Origin: Monocercomonoides exilis PA203
Lineage: Eukaryota; Protista; Preaxostyla
DNA: 64,000 bases
Direction: 5' to 3'
Assembly (NCBI GenBank): GCA_001643675.2
Contig: LSRY02000011.1
Span: 434,001 to 498,000 of the forward strand
Made by a program: the position numbers and the translations under genes. Every line of letters begins with the position of its first letter. The first letter of the stretch is position 1. Shown piece by piece: positions 59,774 to 64,000 of the stretch. The notes beneath the pieces are model-generated. The model saw only the letters and a program-made list of their open reading frames with translations, was not told the DNA's origin and made no database searches.

Positions 59774-60199
59774 CTAGCAAAACTTTTGTGCAATTCCAAA
59801 TCTACACAAATCAATTAAAGTAATATTAATAACAACAGTTAAAAAAATAAAAAAATTTTTGACATACAATAACAAAAATGCGTGAATAATTCCAGGGAGG
59901 TAGAACAGGACACAAAGAATGATGTTCACGACAAAGTGAATCACAAAATTGTATCTGTATAAATAGATTTAAAACATGTCCGGAATCATGAAATAATAAA
60001 ATAAAACATACCCCACTTTCATTTGAGGAACTATTTGCAAAAAAATTTGGAGAAAGCATGCAATAAAAAGGAAATTTGCAAAAGGTATATAAATCTTCAA
60101 TATCATCAAAAAATGCACACCAAAATTGAAGCACAGCAGAGCTGCGGGTGGGAATATGATGCAAAGGACAATGCTCAAGATCATAAAGAGTGTATCCAT
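59774..60199 (-). CDS. PMP3: Plasma-membrane proteolipid 3 (Pmp3/RCI2/UPF0057), 70 aa; exons 60199-60121, 60030-60012, 59954-59868, 59801-59774
   Basis: ILSIVLCIIFPPAALL...HFVVNIILCVLFYLPGIIHAF carries the PP and PGIIHA signatures of the family. Confidence 0.88.
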
Positions 60200-60500
60200 T
60201 TTCTAGTTTTCTTTGTTTGAGTCAAATAAAACCATGACCCACATTTTGAAAGATTTTACCCATTTTTCATAAGAATTACTTTTTTTTCAATATAATTATT
60301 AAATCGTTTGTGATAAAGTTTTTTGTAAGAAAAAATTAAAAATATATATATAACATATGAAAATGCAAAAGATTATAAGGAAAACAACGGATAAATATTC
60401 TAGCTGAACAAATAATGACAAATAATGATAATTTTGCAAATTTGTTTGCAATTCTGGAAAAAGTCAGGTTGAATATGAACGAACATTTAACTGTTTCTTT

Positions 60501-63500
60501 TTATAAGAGGAAAGAATTGCTAATTGGAAGAAATGAACCAAAGATTTTGGAAAACTTAATTGAGGCCTTACGTAAAATCCAGCGTAAAGGATTAATTAGT
60601 TGAATTTCCCGCTCAGAAATTCTTTTGAAATTGAGATTGTAAAATAGAAATTCATATTCATCTTCGGAAAGAGGCTTTATGCAACTCAGGCGAAAGGGAG
60701 GCGAAGGTGCTAAAGGTTCCACAGATTTGAAAAAGCATAGAACATAACGAATAAAACAAATGAATGGAACAGATGAATCAGAAAGATAAGATAAAAACGA
60801 AAAGAAAGAAGTAAAGATTGAAGAAGACGGAAGTACATGATTGTTTAGCATAGAAAGAGGATGTGCAGCATTGAAAATATTATCTTTATTTCCAAATTCC
60901 CTTGAGCTTTGCCAAAAAATAGTATTTTCATTGCTTGATTCCTTCTTGTCATTGCTTGTCAGTACATATGCAGCTTTGCTTTTACTGTTGAATGGAGAAG
61001 AACTCGTAAATATACAAAAGCGATCGCCTCTTAGAGCATCGTAGCAAACGATACTGCCCACACTTTTATTAGCTTGCGTTGCTTTGCTGATTTTGTTATC
61101 ATTGCCATTTTGCTGCTCTGTTAATTGATAACTCCATTGAATTGCTTGCTTGTATGAATATGCACTCGTTTTCAGATAAGCAGAAAAAGGATTCACAAGT
61201 GAGCTCCAGTTAAGCAGCGGCAGAATGCATCTGAAGGAAGTGATGGCTGGCACTCGATTTAAAGTTATGCGCACTGGAGAAAAAGTGTTTTCCATGAGGC
61301 AGTTGTCTTCTTCCTCAGCTTCTTCAATAACTTCCCCAATGTGCATTGAATGCTCTGTGTCAAAATAAGATTGTTCGCATTGATTCTTTGCAAAAGATTT
61401 GGAATTTTTGGAAATGGCAAACGGCTTATCTTGAAAAGGTTCTGTGAATGGCAATGATTCAAAGACAGACACAGCTCCTTGCTCCAAGTCTGGTGCAGAA
61501 GCAAGAAGCCCACTTGTCATTTCTTCTCTGTTTTGCATAGCTTCTTCTTTGCTATCGAAATTTTCATTCACAATCAATTCAGAACTGATTCCGTTGTCTG
61601 AACTCTCTGCAGAAAATTGATCTGTAATCTTCCCTTGTGATTCAAATAGTTCACTTTCTCCAGAACGTTCCTTTCCATCCGTTCCACTTTTTGTTCTCTT
61701 TTCTTTTGAGCCTTCATTTTCTTCATCACTTTTCTGTTTTGATTTGCGCAATGTTTTCCTTTCGAAAGCTTGTCGAGAAAGCAAACTCATTTGCAGAGGA
61801 AGATGAGTGAAAAACGTGAATTGTGAATTAAACAGCTTTGCTCTGTCTTCCACTGAAAGCTCCGCAGCTTCTTCTTCTTTCCTCTGTTCTCTTTCTCTTT
61901 CTCTCTTTTTCCACTCCATCAGAGTGTCCAGCACTGCCATTGGTTCTTCCATTGATTGAATTGCCTTCAAATTGCTTGAATTTGCACTGTTGAAATTGCC
62001 AGCTGAATTTGAATTTTGCAGTGTACTTGCACAAAATGAAGGGCACACATCAGCCAACAGCTCAAAAATCTCAACGGCCGTCTCTCGCTCAATCAAAGAC
62101 TCGTCAAATGCGATCTGAGTGAGAGGGCGCGAATGTGGATGAAATGGAGTCTTTGAATACAACGAAAAAGAGGTACTGGATTGTTTGAATGAGGGAATTG
62201 AATTATTAATGGACGTTTTCAGAATTGAAGGGAGAGAAGAGGAAGAGGAAGGAGCAGATGATGAATCATTACCGGAATGAAAAGCTGATTGTGGAATGAC
62301 AACAATTGGTGAATGCTCTACGAAGGATTTTGAAATGTTACTTGAAGGAGTTGACGAAGAAGAGGAAGAAGCAGAATTTAACTCAATATTTATCTGCTGA
62401 GAAAGTGGGAAATAAGGCATTAACACAGGAATTAAACGGTTTGAGTGGAAAGAAGGGATCCATCGAGTAACAAGACATGGGTGATTCGGGTTAGATCTGT
62501 GTTTTGAGTGAGACTTGTCAAAAAGCGTCCTCAAATGCGTTGCAATAACAATCATTTGGTCTTCTTTGTTGTTTGTCAACGTGTTTGAACCAGCTGACTC
62601 TTCCATTTGAGAAGACACTGGAGTTGAATGGAAAAGATAAACTGCATTAGACCATTTTTGACGAACACTAACATGCTTCATCTTATTTTGTGTGCTCTCG
62701 CTTTGACTTTGTCTTTTTGCAGGATATGCAAATGATAAATCTCTGGCTTTGAATTGGACAGAAATGGCACTTCTCTTCTCCTGTGCTTTGTATTCCTCAT
62801 TTTTTGTTGTTTCTTCTTTTGAATAACTTTTTGAAGAATTATTGTTTGAATCCAAAATACCCTCATTTCTTAATGTGCTTCCTCCAATAAGCTTCAGAAG
62901 CTTCGTTTCCACACTTTGTGCAAGGAGATCATCAGCATTCTGATTACTCTGCGAGCTGAGTGATGATGAAGGGGCAGACTTATTGAACCATTGATACATC
63001 ACATTGTGTTTAATGTTTGTTGAATAAAACGGTTTGTTTCGAGATGTCATGCTACCTATGCAGTTGTCTTTGCTTGCGTCATCTTCATCTTCTTCATATT
63101 CAATCATTTCATTCAAGTCTGTGACTGATATTCCAGATTTTCTGTAGTCAGCATTTCTTTGTCCTGATATCATCTTTTGATTCATCATGTTTTCATTGTA
63201 CTGATTTGCTTCATTCACAACCACCAGATAAAAACGATGTTGGTTGAGAATTGCAAGTGCACGGAGCATCGACTCGTATTGCTCATTCATTGAGCAAAGA
63301 TAGCTTCTTAAAAGAGACCGAAAGCAGACCGGGCAGCCAAGAAAGTGCAGGAAAGAGGAAGGAGAGGAGAAGAAAGAGTAGAGGTATTGCTCATTCCAGT
63401 TCATCAGCACAGCAAAAGGCGATTGAACAGAAGAAATATTTGACTCATTTGTGTCTGATTTAACAGAAGAGATCGAAGAAGCAGTTGAAGATGAGGCTGT

Positions 63501-63998
63501 TGGCCCAACATATACAGAGTGTTGAGATGGAGCAAAAAGCGAAGTGAAAAACTGTGAAAGCCTTGCTTTTGTTGATTTGCTGTCTTTTTCTGCTGATTCT
63601 CTGATTTTGTTACGAGTTGGCGTCTGATCAGCAGCAATTCTTTCATCAAGCACTTTGAAAGGCTCAAAGGTAATAAATCTAACTCCGCTGCTTTCAAATG
63701 AATAATAGCCAGCTTCCCTTGAATTCAGCGACAAAACATCGCAATTCTTAGCAAAATTACGTGCAGATGTTTTGTGCTGGTTGTGGAAAAGTGCAAAGAA
63801 CGGATGCTTCTCGTCTTCAATCCCGCTCATGAATTCCTTCAGAAACAGAATCACAAGCGCTCTGTTTTCCATCACAAATCGGAGATCAAAGAGGCTTTTA
63901 ACAGTCGAACTCTTTGGCCTAACTTTTTCGTCTTCTTGAATGGTTTCGTCTTCTTCATCACTTTCCCTTTCATTATTATCTATCAAATCAAATTCAGA
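60501..63998 (-). CDS. Large Ser-rich hypothetical protein, 5' part lies beyond the window
   Basis: 1161-aa ORF whose frame stays open to the window end. No recognisable domain. Confidence 0.7.
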   Translation of the reverse strand, partial: SEFDLIDNNERESDEEDETIQEDEKVRPKSSTVKSLFDLRFVMENRALVILFLKEFMSGIEDEKHPFFALFHNQHKTSARNFAKNCDVLSLNSREAGYYSFESSGVRFITFEPFKVLDERIAADQTPTRNKIRESAEKDSKSTKARLSQFFTSLFAPSQHSVYVGPTASSSTASSISSVKSDTNESNISSVQSPFAVLMNWNEQYLYSFFSSPSSFLHFLGCPVCFRSLLRSYLCSMNEQYESMLRALAILNQHRFYLVVVNEANQYNENMMNQKMISGQRNADYRKSGISVTDLNEMIEYEEDEDDASKDNCIGSMTSRNKPFYSTNIKHNVMYQWFNKSAPSSSLSSQSNQNADDLLAQSVETKLLKLIGGSTLRNEGILDSNNNSSKSYSKEETTKNEEYKAQEKRSAISVQFKARDLSFAYPAKRQSQSESTQNKMKHVSVRQKWSNAVYLFHSTPVSSQMEESAGSNTLTNNKEDQMIVIATHLRTLFDKSHSKHRSNPNHPCLVTRWIPSFHSNRLIPVLMPYFPLSQQINIELNSASSSSSSTPSSNISKSFVEHSPIVVIPQSAFHSGNDSSSAPSSSSSLPSILKTSINNSIPSFKQSSTSFSLYSKTPFHPHSRPLTQIAFDESLIERETAVEIFELLADVCPSFCASTLQNSNSAGNFNSANSSNLKAIQSMEEPMAVLDTLMEWKKREREREQRKEEEAAELSVEDRAKLFNSQFTFFTHLPLQMSLLSRQAFERKTLRKSKQKSDEENEGSKEKRTKSGTDGKERSGESELFESQGKITDQFSAESSDNGISSELIVNENFDSKEEAMQNREEMTSGLLASAPDLEQGAVSVFESLPFTEPFQDKPFAISKNSKSFAKNQCEQSYFDTEHSMHIGEVIEEAEEEDNCLMENTFSPVRITLNRVPAITSFRCILPLLNWSSLVNPFSAYLKTSAYSYKQAIQWSYQLTEQQNGNDNKISKATQANKSVGSIVCYDALRGDRFCIFTSSSPFNSKSKAAYVLTSNDKKESSNENTIFWQSSREFGNKDNIFNAAHPLSMLNNHVLPSSSIFTSFFSFLSYLSDSSVPFICFIRYVLCFFKSVEPLAPSPPFRLSCIKPLSEDEYEFLFYNLNFKRISEREIQLINPLRWILRKASIKFSKIFGSFLPISNSFLL

Positions 63999-64000
63999 AT

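Overview
This is eukaryotic, AT-rich, intron-rich DNA read with the standard genetic code (TAA/TAG/TGA all act as stops). Short introns with GTTTG/GTATG/GTGTG donors, very long poly-Ser proteins and a giant Cys-rich receptor pseudokinase point to an oxymonad (Monocercomonoides-like) genome; that assignment is an inference. Genes recognised by manual splicing are Rpt2/PSMC1, Vps24/CHMP3, a ~2,860-aa RIC1, an ATG27/M6PR-like receptor, STPG1-like, DPM3, LRRC45-like, PMP3/RCI2 and tRNA-Thr(UGU), plus several hypothetical proteins. The most notable finding is an 85-aa two-exon gene at 45965-46303 (-), absent from the ORF track, with the hallmarks of complexin: MxFxxK...G N-terminus, RxxxxQxIxDKY central helix and C-terminal CaaX. 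Complexin is otherwise known from animals and their close unicellular relatives. Two transposon graveyards (about 9.7-15.9 kb and 40.5-42.7 kb) hold decayed pogo-type DDE transposases and at least three families of ~240-270 bp MITEs. These MITEs have G(G)...(C)C ends and 4-bp AT-rich target duplications, and include a three-level nested insertion and end-to-end chains. Two genes appear to need GC-AG introns. All homology calls are from memory of the families and need database confirmation.
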